Shown: positions 10,220 through 19,321 of the stretch, piece after piece
Numbering within the stretch: position 1 is the first letter of the stretch
Layout of the letters: every line of letters starts with the position of its first letter
From: Candidatus Gastranaerophilales bacterium
GTDB taxonomy: Bacteria; Cyanobacteriota; Vampirovibrionia; Gastranaerophilales; Gastranaerophilaceae
Reading direction: 5' to 3'
Assembly (NCBI GenBank): GCA_947624645.1
Contig: CANQLG010000004.1
Span: 7,006 to 71,005, forward strand
Length of the DNA: 64,000 bases
Made by a program: the position numbers and the translations under genes
Notes under the pieces: model-generated
Databases searched by the model: none
What the model saw: the letters and a program-made list of their open reading frames with translations, nothing else
What the model was told of the DNA's origin: nothing

Positions 10220-11656
10220 TTATTCATCTTTTTTCAGTTTAAATTTTATAAAATATATCGAGAATACAACCGTTACAAATAAAGCAATAATAAATGATAT
10301 TATATAATCCAGTTTTAAAGCATTTTTAGCATTTAATATAAAAAATGTATTAATAAAGACATAAAATAATCCCGGTAAAAACGTTATAAGCCAATTTTTT
10401 TTAGTTTTATACAGATATACCGTAGAAAATAAAAGAACAGGAATTGCTATCAATTGGTTGAAGAAATTAAAATACTGCCAAATAAAAGAGAAACTGTCAC
10501 TGTTTAGTTTTGCCCATAAAATAACAGCCACCATAACAAATACAATGGGGAACATAATAATTAATCTGTTTTTAATTTGTTTTTGTTCTAAATTAAATGT
10601 ATCTGCAATTATCATCCTCAAACCGCGCAGAGCAGTATCTCCAGACGTAATCGGTAAAATAACAACCGCAACGGAAACTAAAAAAGCAAACATAGGAAAA
10701 ACAAAAACATCAGCAACTTTTCCGATAACATGAACGCTTCCGACAAGATTATAAGGTAATATTCCCATATTATATACATGCATAGCGGCAGCTGCCCAAA
10801 CCATTGCAATTAATGATTCAACTGCCATCATTCCAAAAAATACATGTCTTGCATCTTTTTCCGATTTAAGTGTTCTGGAAACTATTGTACATTGAGTTGA
10901 ATGAAATCCTGATAATAATCCGCAACTAACCGTTAAAAAGAACATCGGTATAAGATGAAGATGCATAGGATGTTCATTAATTTTTGAAAAATTAATATTT
11001 TCAACAGAAATTCCCATTGTAAAAAATCCCGCAAAAACAAAAAGAGTTCCCAATATCAATATTATGGCGAAAAACGGGTAAAATTTTCCTATTATTTTGT
11101 CAATAGGAAATAAAGATGCAATTATATAGTATAAACCAATTAATAAATATATACTGACAATAATAGGATTACTAAGTGAAAAATCATCCTGATTTAGAAG
11201 ATTTTCAGCTATAATATCACCTGACGAATAAACAAAAACTGCAGCCAATAAAATTAAAAGTACTGATACAACAATTATAAAAAATTTATAATAATTATTA
11301 CCCAAATATTTTTTAATAAGTCCGGTTACCTGAACACCGCCATTTTTAACTGATAACATCCCGCAGCAATAGTCATGAACACATCCCATAAAAATACATC
11401 CTAATGGAATTAATAAAAAAGCAACAGGACCGAATAATATTCCCTGAATTGCTCCCAATATTGGTCCCAAACCTGCTATATTCAAAAGATGAATAAGCAT
11501 ATTTTTATTTTCATTTAACGGAACATAATCCACTTTGTCAGATTTAATTATGGCTGGAGTATCCTCTTGAGAAACACCGACCTGTTTTTCCACATACTTT
11601 GAGTATATCAAATACCCAAATAATAATATTAATATACCAACTATAAACGTAACCAT
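10220..11656 (-). CDS. cstA: Carbon starvation protein A family transporter
   Basis: 478-aa polytopic membrane protein. The N-terminus and motifs (NIAGLGPI.GAIQG, HDY..GMLS, CGLLSGFHSTQ) fit the CstA family. Confidence 0.75.
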   Translation of the reverse strand: MVTFIVGILILLFGYLIYSKYVEKQVGVSQEDTPAIIKSDKVDYVPLNENKNMLIHLLNIAGLGPILGAIQGILFGPVAFLLIPLGCIFMGCVHDYCCGMLSVKNGGVQVTGLIKKYLGNNYYKFFIIVVSVLLILLAAVFVYSSGDIIAENLLNQDDFSLSNPIIVSIYLLIGLYYIIASLFPIDKIIGKFYPFFAIILILGTLFVFAGFFTMGISVENINFSKINEHPMHLHLIPMFFLTVSCGLLSGFHSTQCTIVSRTLKSEKDARHVFFGMMAVESLIAMVWAAAAMHVYNMGILPYNLVGSVHVIGKVADVFVFPMFAFLVSVAVVILPITSGDTALRGLRMIIADTFNLEQKQIKNRLIIMFPIVFVMVAVILWAKLNSDSFSFIWQYFNFFNQLIAIPVLLFSTVYLYKTKKNWLITFLPGLFYVFINTFFILNAKNALKLDYIISFIIALFVTVVFSIYFIKFKLKKDE

Positions 11657-11776
11657 TACTAAATTATATCATAATTTTGAAAAGATAATTTTTGTAAATA
11701 TTTGTAAAAAATACTCAAGTTTTACAATAAATATACCGACAGAAATAGCAATAACCTTAAATAGGAGTTTCTTGCT

Positions 11777-14689
11777 ATGGAAATTGATCAATTAAAATTA
11801 AGTTTTTTTAATTACTTGAAAGAAAATCAAACTGAACAAGACAACAAAATCGGAGAATTTTCTGATTTTAGTATATTTAGTTATGTAAAAGAATTTAAGG
11901 AATTTTTAACTGATGAATTTCATGCAACAACAGACGATTTATCAATGGATGTTTCAGATCTGTTAAATTTGGAAATAGAAAACGGAAAAATTATAACAGA
12001 CGAAAATGATAATACAAACGACGGCAAAAATGATGATTTGATGGTAGATGTATTAAATTTAATGTTTGAAGATGAAGAATTTAAAGATAAATTTGATACG
12101 GATTCTAATGGAGAGATAAATAAGGAGGAATTTGAATCATTTTTAGAAAAAGTAAAAGATATAGATAAAAATGAAAATAATTTTTCAATAGATGATTTAG
12201 TAGGTTCGGCAGAAATAGAAGATGAAGCAACAGAAGCGACAGAGCCGACAGCACCTGCCGAAGATCCGTCAATAGATTCTCCTGGCGGAGGTGGCGGTGG
12301 AGGTGGCGGAATTGATGGCGCCGGAAATGTTGACGGCCCGGCAAGTTCATCCAATACAAACCTCAGTAATGATACTTCAAGCGCAGATTCTGCTTTAAGT
12401 TTAGGAGATGAATCTTCTAGCAAAGACTATGAAAATATGAGTGTTGAAGAATTAACTCAAGCATTGAGTCAGGCAAATGCTGACCTTCAAACAAAGGAAA
12501 GTGAATTAAGTGCAATTCAAAACGGAACCGATTCTAATATTGCAGCGGCAAAAGGTGCAATGGATGATGCTTTAGAAGCATATACAGGAGCTCTTGAAGA
12601 ATTAGAAGATGAAGATGCGGACAAACTTGCTGAAGCTGTTGAAAAAGTTGAAGAATATAATAACCAAAAAACTGAAAATGAAGATAGAAAAAATGCTGCA
12701 ATTGATGCAAGAGATCAAGCCAATACTGATGTTGACACATATGCATCAGAAATAGAAACTTGCGAAGGACAAATCAGCAGCCTGCAAGCACAAATATCAA
12801 CCTGGCAAGCATCTATGAACTTAAATGAAGATGAAGAAGATGCAGGTTTACAAGAACTGATACAAAACGCCGAAGCACAAATAGAAGCACTTGAAGCACA
12901 AAAGGAGGAAGCGGAAGCAAATAAAGCGGAGGCTGAAGAAAGAGTTGTTCAAGCAGAAGCAGAGATAGCTGAAGCTGAAGAAGCAATTGCTAATAGCGAA
13001 CAAGACATTACCAGCTACGAAGAGACAAGAGAAGAACTTGAAGACAAAATCTTAGAAGATCATGAAGATATTGCGGAATTAAAAACTGCATATGATACGG
13101 CAAAAACCGAATATGAAACTGCAAAAGAAACTGCCATAACTGAAGCTCAACAAGCTGTTGATGATGTAAGAGATAGAATTGCAGAAATTCAAGCAGCTCT
13201 TGATACTGCCATTGCTAATGAACAAAAAGCAATTGAAGACAAATATCCTGAAGATGAAATAAAAGTTGATGAAGAAATTGGTTCTGACTTCATTGATGAA
13301 ATTCTTGCAAATGATCCTGAAAAAACTGAAGAAACTGAAGATTCTGAAGAACCTGAAAAACCAGAAGGGGCTGAAGGTGCTGAAGAAGAATCGGAAGAAA
13401 CAAAAAAAGAAGATAAAATCGATGAACTTTGTGAATTATTAGATATGGATAGAGATCAAGTCGGCATATATTTGAAAAATATAAGTAATGAATCCGGTCT
13501 ATCAGCTAAAGATTTATATGAAAAAATTTCCGATTACATAGAATTTTGTAAAGAAGAAAAAGATCAAGTTAATCCTGATGTTCTGAAATACTACCACATT
13601 GATGAAGATAAGGCAAATGAATATATTGAAGATTATAATACCAGATTCGGCACAAGTTATGACCTTGAATCCTTGAAAGATAATCCTGCAAAAATGTTTG
13701 AATTATTATCTTTATACGGAGAAAAGAAAAATGACACTGAAATTGAATCCGTACGTATACAAAACGGTATTGATAAACGTATAAATGAAGAAAAAGAAGC
13801 TCTTAAAGAAGATTTAAAAGCGGATGACAGCCCATACAAAGATATATTTGATCCTAAAGCAAGTGAAGAAGATGCAAAAAAAGCTATTGATAGTTATCTC
13901 ACAGAGATTAAAGACGATCCGCATGCCCAATTCCTCTTTTATAGTTTATTAGCGGATGACGAAAAAACTTTAGGCTTATTAAAAGATTATTTTAATGATC
14001 ATCCTGATAAAAAAGATTCATTTAAATCAGTATTTACTGATGAAATCAGACGAATCAACAGTTCACAAATGTATGCACCTAATACATTTGCAGATGTTAT
14101 TTATATCTATGGAGAAATGAATGACATAGCTATTAAATCAGGTGTTATTGATGAAAATACCAATTTGTTAACAGTTATAATGGAAAATGATTCTAATCTC
14201 GAATTTTATGAAGATATTAAAGCTTTATTTGATAAGGCATTAACAATGGAAGAAATTAATCTGCTTAATGACAACGGCTTTAATGTTGAAGATATTATTA
14301 AAGCATACAATTCAAACGGTTCCGACAAAGGTAATGAATTCTTTAGAACATTATTAGATAAAATGAAAAGAATAGGAGATAACAAATATTATTTCGATGG
14401 AACTCATTCCAGCTTTGATGAAGTGAAAGATAACGAAGGTGAAATTAAATCTTTACAAGAAAAATACGGTAATGACCCTGAAAAAATTATAAATGCATTT
14501 AAAAATAATGATATCCAAGATCCTACCGTTGCTATGTATTTACTGGCACAATGCGATAATTTGAATGATTTTCTTGAAAATGCCTCAGAAGATCAAGCAA
14601 TCATTTTATTTGAAATATACCGCACGATGGAAGGAGCACCATACTTAGAACTACTAAGACCGGAAAACCCAGCTGTGCCGGTGTCTTAA
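11777..14689 (+). CDS. Hypothetical 970-aa hyper-acidic protein with one EF-hand loop, a poly-Gly hinge and a long E/A-rich coiled coil
   Basis: GGAG precedes the ATG. DTDSNGEINKEE (12095-12130) fits the canonical 12-residue EF-hand loop. No signal peptide is present. Confidence 0.6.
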   Translation: MEIDQLKLSFFNYLKENQTEQDNKIGEFSDFSIFSYVKEFKEFLTDEFHATTDDLSMDVSDLLNLEIENGKIITDENDNTNDGKNDDLMVDVLNLMFEDEEFKDKFDTDSNGEINKEEFESFLEKVKDIDKNENNFSIDDLVGSAEIEDEATEATEPTAPAEDPSIDSPGGGGGGGGGIDGAGNVDGPASSSNTNLSNDTSSADSALSLGDESSSKDYENMSVEELTQALSQANADLQTKESELSAIQNGTDSNIAAAKGAMDDALEAYTGALEELEDEDADKLAEAVEKVEEYNNQKTENEDRKNAAIDARDQANTDVDTYASEIETCEGQISSLQAQISTWQASMNLNEDEEDAGLQELIQNAEAQIEALEAQKEEAEANKAEAEERVVQAEAEIAEAEEAIANSEQDITSYEETREELEDKILEDHEDIAELKTAYDTAKTEYETAKETAITEAQQAVDDVRDRIAEIQAALDTAIANEQKAIEDKYPEDEIKVDEEIGSDFIDEILANDPEKTEETEDSEEPEKPEGAEGAEEESEETKKEDKIDELCELLDMDRDQVGIYLKNISNESGLSAKDLYEKISDYIEFCKEEKDQVNPDVLKYYHIDEDKANEYIEDYNTRFGTSYDLESLKDNPAKMFELLSLYGEKKNDTEIESVRIQNGIDKRINEEKEALKEDLKADDSPYKDIFDPKASEEDAKKAIDSYLTEIKDDPHAQFLFYSLLADDEKTLGLLKDYFNDHPDKKDSFKSVFTDEIRRINSSQMYAPNTFADVIYIYGEMNDIAIKSGVIDENTNLLTVIMENDSNLEFYEDIKALFDKALTMEEINLLNDNGFNVEDIIKAYNSNGSDKGNEFFRTLLDKMKRIGDNKYYFDGTHSSFDEVKDNEGEIKSLQEKYGNDPEKIINAFKNNDIQDPTVAMYLLAQCDNLNDFLENASEDQAIILFEIYRTMEGAPYLELLRPENPAVPVS

Positions 14690-14738
14690 GACAATAAATT
14701 TTTAAATCAACATAATAAAAATATACCGTTTAAAAATG

Positions 14739-14769
14739 TTTAAATGTGGAATATTAATTTATGTATAAT
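14739..14769 (+). promoter_or_regulatory. Candidate sigma-70 promoter of the 1434-aa autotransporter gene
   Basis: TTAAAT (14740-14745), an 18-nt spacer, then TATAAT (14764-14769) with TG immediately upstream. AT-rich context makes this weak evidence. Confidence 0.3.
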
Positions 14770-14855
14770 TTTTTGTGTTACTTTTTAAGTTTTGGTATAG
14801 GAAGATGAGAAAAAATAATAATAAACACGTTGAAGATAAGAAAATGTATTTTGTA

Positions 14856-17800
14856 ATGGGGGGGGGTAAAAAGAGAGTACTGGCAGCTGCTGTTTTTATT
14901 GTTTTCATTTACGGCAGTAATACATGTATTGCCGAAGAAAGCAAATTAGACCCGACACTGGGAGATAATAGCGGATATACATTAAATCCAGTAACAAGTG
15001 AAGAAAGCAATGTAAAAGCCTTTACTTATGATTCTGAAAGTCAAAAATTAACAACTCAATACTATCAAATTGATATTAAAAGAGACTCCCAAGGAACAGG
15101 TAATAAAATACAGTATTATGAATGGAGCAAAAGTGCCGAGGGCGGAGACCTTTTGGAACCTGTTAGTTATCCGACAGCATATATGGTTTATTATGATGAA
15201 AAAGATCATTATAATAATACGGAGCCATACAAAGTTACAGGTACCGGACATATAATAGAAAAGGATTTTATCGGAAACCATATAACCTCCGGCAACCATA
15301 ACGGTAACGGTATTTATAATGAAGGCGGTATAACAAGTATAGTTGGCGCTTTTATTCATAATTACAGCAAAATAGAATCAGGAGCAGGTTCTAATAACGG
15401 CGGAGCTGTTAATAATACAACTAAAGGCGATATAGGATCTATAAAAGGAAATTTTATCGGTAATTTTATCAGTGCTGTTAGTGATTCAAACGGCGGGGCT
15501 ATTCTTAACAACGGTCATATAGGCAATATAGAAGGAAATTTCATATCAAATTATTCAAGGACAATAGGTGAACATAACGGTTATGGCGGGGCTATATATA
15601 ATGTTAACGGTGTTATAGATTCAATTACCGGAGATTTTATTGATAATCAAGCCTATGCAAACAGATATGCAGATGGCGGAGCTATATTTAACAGCAGTGG
15701 TACTACAAAAATTACAAAAATTAAAGGTGATTTTGTCGGTAATAATGCAAGAGGCTATCAAGGTTTAGGCGGTGCTATATTTGATATCGGGGGTATTTCT
15801 AATATAGAAGGGAACTTTATTCACAATTATACTTATACAGAGGGTGATTTGCACGATGATGATAACAGTAATAAAACACCTGATGTACCTGTAAGTTCTC
15901 AAGGCGGAGCTATAATTGAATACGCTCAAAACAGAGACGTTACAATAACCGGTGATTTTTACGGAAACTATGCTCAATCAATACAACATGAAGGTCAAGG
16001 CGGCGCCGTATATGCAAATTCTAAAAAAGGGTACTCTTTTACTCTTAATAGTGATTTTTATCATAATTATATTATTGGTAATAAAGGTGCAAAAGGCGGA
16101 GCTATATACAATGCAGCAGACGCTACCGTATATTTAAACGGAAAAGAATATTTTCTTAACCATACAAATACAGAATCAGACGAATCAAAAGGCGGTGCAA
16201 TATATAATGAAGGTATTATTAATAATCTAAGCAATGTTACATTTGTTCAAAACTATGCAGAATCAAAGACAGGTTCAGCTCAAGGCGGGGCAATTTGGAC
16301 AAATCAAGATTTAACAATATCTGCTAATGCAGGAACTTCCGAATTTACTAATAACTATGTAAATGCGGCAGGTGTTCAATCTCAAGAAGCCATATATGTT
16401 GATAACGCAAAAACTTTAACGTTAAGCTCAACAAATAAAGGAAAAATCCTTTTTAATGACATCATAAACGGTTCAAATTATAATTTAAATTTAACAGGTG
16501 ATAATACGGATTCGGTAATTATTTTTAATAACAAAGTAGTTAACGCTAATGCTACATTAGAGAATGTAACTTTAAAATTAGGCGCAAATGATAATATATT
16601 TAATGAATCTGTGTTAAACATTAACAGCGGTTTCGTAGATACCGCCGACAATGAATATATAGACTATAATTTTAACGAATTAAATTCTAAAGGTTCAGGG
16701 AAATACACCATTGACATAAATTTAAGCAAAGACACAACCGAAGATAAAGCAGACACATTCAATATAAGTAAAAGTGAAAACGGAAGTTATATTGACTTAT
16801 CCAATGTTGCAGTTAATACTTTAAGCAATTATAAAGACAATGCAGACAATGAAGAAGTTCATATTATACAAATAATTAAATCTGCTGACGGAAATATTCA
16901 ACTAAAATTAAACGGCGAGATACAAACAGTTACTGAAGCAGCTGCTGAAATGACAAGTCAATATATATTAGCAAAAGAATTTGGTCTATATACAAAAGAA
17001 ACAACAAATGACAGTATCAAATTGGTCGGCTGGAGAGATAATCTTGCTGCTTGGAGTGAACTGGAAGTTAATGACGGAACTGAAAAAATATTTACTATTA
17101 AATCCGGTGATACTCAAAATCTTACAAGAAATATTGAAAAATTTGCAGGTAAAGATATTAAAATTATCGGCGAAGGTTCTAACACTTTAAATGTAAATAA
17201 TAAAAATTTATTTGATGATATTAAAGAAGACCAAAATGTTTATTTATCAAACTTTTCTCTTAAAAATGCTGATAAAATAAATAACCATGGTTCTATGACT
17301 TTTGAAAATATCATTTTGGAAGATTCTTCAAAGGTTTCAAATAATAAAGACTTAATAATCAAAGGTAATACAGATATCAACGGAACAATTACAGCCGATA
17401 GTAAAGGAAATTTAACCTTTGATAATTCCGCTATAAAAATAACAGGTAAAGTTGAAAATCAACAAATAAACAATAACAATAGTGAAACTACGCTTGTAAA
17501 TATTAAAGATTTCGCTAATAACGGACTGACTATGAACGGTGGAAATTTTAATATAACAAATTTAGGGTTAAACAATTTGAGTTTAAATAATTTAAATTTA
17601 AAGGACGGAAACATTAATATTGATAGAGTTGATGTTGACCTTAAAAATTCCATAATGGGAAGAATTACTGCTGATAAGTACAATATTGGAAAAGATTTCA
17701 AAGGTGAAATCAATATTAAAGATATGAACATCACAAGTGATTCCGAACATATGCAGACCGTTGTAGATTTTGCGGATGAAGCTATAAAAAATTACGTAAA

Positions 17801-19079
17801 TACACAAATAACTGAAGCTCCGACAGCAGGGCAGCAATGGAATGTTTATTCACCTATATACAAATATACGGTTGAATATTCGGCAGATGGAACACACGGG
17901 AATAATGGATATTTTGTATTTTCACGAGGAAATACTCCGACCGGAAATGATTATGACGGATTTAACCCTGCTGTACTTCCTTCAGCCGTTGCTTCACAAG
18001 CAGGCGGTTATGCTGCCGTTAACGAATCATTTAATTACGCATTTGAACACGCTGATACATTTTCGGCTCTGCCTTCATACGAAAAATATGCAATGCTTAA
18101 TGCAAATAAATATGCAATAACAGAAGGTCAAGAATTAAAAGGCTATGTAAATGAAATAAATCATAACAGCACTTGGGTAAAACCTTATGCCACATTTGAA
18201 AATATACCTTTAAAGAACGGCCCTGATGTAGATACTATTACTTATGGTACGTTAGTTGGTACTGACGGCGACATCAAAGAATTAAAACACGGATGGAGTA
18301 CGGTATCAACCGCATATATAGGATATAACGGTTCAAGTCAACACTACCGGGGCGTTGATACAACTCAAAACGGCGGATTGCTCGGTTTAACACAAACTTT
18401 TTACAAAAATAACTTTTACAGTGCAATCACTGCTTCTGTTGGTGCTGCTGTTGGCGAATCTTCCACAATGTACGGGAATGAAGACTTTACAATGTTATTA
18501 TCGGGTGTAGCTTCTAAAAGCGGTTACAGCTTTGAATTTAACAACGGTAAATTCATAATACAACCCACGTTATTACTGGCATATACATTTGTAAATACAT
18601 TTGATTACACTAATGCAGCAGGAGTCAGAATAGACTCTGACCCGCTACATTCAATCCAAGTACGTCCGAATATAAAATTTGTAGCGAATACCGAAAACGG
18701 CTGGCAGCCATATATTTCCGCTGGTGTTGTATATAACATAATGGATAAAACGGAAGTAAATGCCATTAACGGTACAACTGATGTAAGATTACCCAATATG
18801 AGTGTTAAACCTTATGCTGAATATGGAATAGGCATACAAAAACGTTGGAATGATAAATATACGGGATATGCTCAAGCAATGGCTCGTTCCGGCGGCAGAA
18901 ACGGCGTCGCTTTAACTTTCGGGTTCCGCTGGACATTAGGTGATGACAAAAAAATTGAAAAAGTAGAATATAAGAAAGAAAATAAAAATATAACTTTTAT
19001 AGCTAAACTCATAAATAAAATTAAAAACATTCAATTTTCTGCAAATTGCAACGTACCATATACAGCTAATAAATTGTAA
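14856..19079 (+). CDS. Type Va autotransporter with Pmp-type (GGA[IV] / FxxN) passenger repeats
   Basis: Signal peptide MGGGKKRVLAAAVFIVFIYGSNTCIA; about 10 alternating FxxN..GGAI(Y/F)N repeats; C-terminal beta-barrel region (..AYIGYNGSSQHY.., ..ALTFGFRW). Alternative in-frame starts lie at 14805 and 14844, and the ORF is open from 14775. Confidence 0.85.
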   Translation: MGGGKKRVLAAAVFIVFIYGSNTCIAEESKLDPTLGDNSGYTLNPVTSEESNVKAFTYDSESQKLTTQYYQIDIKRDSQGTGNKIQYYEWSKSAEGGDLLEPVSYPTAYMVYYDEKDHYNNTEPYKVTGTGHIIEKDFIGNHITSGNHNGNGIYNEGGITSIVGAFIHNYSKIESGAGSNNGGAVNNTTKGDIGSIKGNFIGNFISAVSDSNGGAILNNGHIGNIEGNFISNYSRTIGEHNGYGGAIYNVNGVIDSITGDFIDNQAYANRYADGGAIFNSSGTTKITKIKGDFVGNNARGYQGLGGAIFDIGGISNIEGNFIHNYTYTEGDLHDDDNSNKTPDVPVSSQGGAIIEYAQNRDVTITGDFYGNYAQSIQHEGQGGAVYANSKKGYSFTLNSDFYHNYIIGNKGAKGGAIYNAADATVYLNGKEYFLNHTNTESDESKGGAIYNEGIINNLSNVTFVQNYAESKTGSAQGGAIWTNQDLTISANAGTSEFTNNYVNAAGVQSQEAIYVDNAKTLTLSSTNKGKILFNDIINGSNYNLNLTGDNTDSVIIFNNKVVNANATLENVTLKLGANDNIFNESVLNINSGFVDTADNEYIDYNFNELNSKGSGKYTIDINLSKDTTEDKADTFNISKSENGSYIDLSNVAVNTLSNYKDNADNEEVHIIQIIKSADGNIQLKLNGEIQTVTEAAAEMTSQYILAKEFGLYTKETTNDSIKLVGWRDNLAAWSELEVNDGTEKIFTIKSGDTQNLTRNIEKFAGKDIKIIGEGSNTLNVNNKNLFDDIKEDQNVYLSNFSLKNADKINNHGSMTFENIILEDSSKVSNNKDLIIKGNTDINGTITADSKGNLTFDNSAIKITGKVENQQINNNNSETTLVNIKDFANNGLTMNGGNFNITNLGLNNLSLNNLNLKDGNINIDRVDVDLKNSIMGRITADKYNIGKDFKGEINIKDMNITSDSEHMQTVVDFADEAIKNYVNTQITEAPTAGQQWNVYSPIYKYTVEYSADGTHGNNGYFVFSRGNTPTGNDYDGFNPAVLPSAVASQAGGYAAVNESFNYAFEHADTFSALPSYEKYAMLNANKYAITEGQELKGYVNEINHNSTWVKPYATFENIPLKNGPDVDTITYGTLVGTDGDIKELKHGWSTVSTAYIGYNGSSQHYRGVDTTQNGGLLGLTQTFYKNNFYSAITASVGAAVGESSTMYGNEDFTMLLSGVASKSGYSFEFNNGKFIIQPTLLLAYTFVNTFDYTNAAGVRIDSDPLHSIQVRPNIKFVANTENGWQPYISAGVVYNIMDKTEVNAINGTTDVRLPNMSVKPYAEYGIGIQKRWNDKYTGYAQAMARSGGRNGVALTFGFRWTLGDDKKIEKVEYKKENKNITFIAKLINKIKNIQFSANCNVPYTANKL
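14858..14866 (+). repeat. G9 homopolymeric tract overlapping the start codon (ATGGGGGGGGGT)
   Basis: Counted directly: nine consecutive G at 14858-14866. Confidence 0.95.
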
Positions 19080-19105
19080 TATTAAAGAGTTTTATTTATG
19101 AAAAA

Positions 19106-19192
19106 CGGAGAAGGGGGGATTCGAACCCCCGGCAGAGTTGCCCCTGCACAAACGTTCCAGGTTTGCACCTTAAACCACTCGGACACCTCTCC
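19106..19192 (-). tRNA. tRNA-Ser (anticodon GGA), class II with a long variable arm
   Basis: The minus strand reads GGAGAGG-TG-TCC-GAGTGGTTTAA-GGT-G-CAAAC-CTGGAAC-GTTTG-(18-nt variable arm)-GGGGG-TTCGAAT-CCCCC-CTTCTCC-G. The cloverleaf folds by hand with one U-U in the D stem. No CCA is encoded. Confidence 0.85.
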
Positions 19193-19321
19193 GTACTTTT
19201 TATTTTTATCTGATTGCTATCGTTCTATTTATAGCAAATACATAATTTCCAGTCAAATATTTTATTTATTCTTTTAACTCAACATTACTATATTTTTTTT
19301 ATTTTATGTATAATAATTTTT

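Noticed and set aside
12284-12310. Poly-glycine run in the 970-aa protein as a fourth slippage-prone G tract.
   Set aside because: It is encoded by alternating GGC/GGA/GGT codons (ggcggaggtggcggtggaggtggcgga), not a homopolymer. It is not comparable to the G9 tracts.
14775-14855. Extended N-terminus (MLLFKFWYRK..) of the 1434-aa autotransporter as given by the ORF track.
   Set aside because: The track start is a GTG with no RBS, located at or inside the predicted promoter. The signal peptide is best formed from ATG 14856, although 14805 and 14844 remain possible. The choice does not affect the phase-variation argument.
19113-19118. G6 run near the autotransporter 3' end as another phase-variation tract.
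   Set aside because: It is the T-stem/acceptor junction of tRNA-Ser(GGA) (complement CCCCCC), and therefore a structural part of the tRNA.
11777-19192. The acidic-protein/autotransporter pair as a genomic island integrated at tRNA-Ser(GGA).
   Set aside because: No direct repeat of the tRNA 3' end and no integrase or transposase gene was found on that side. Adjacency alone is insufficient.
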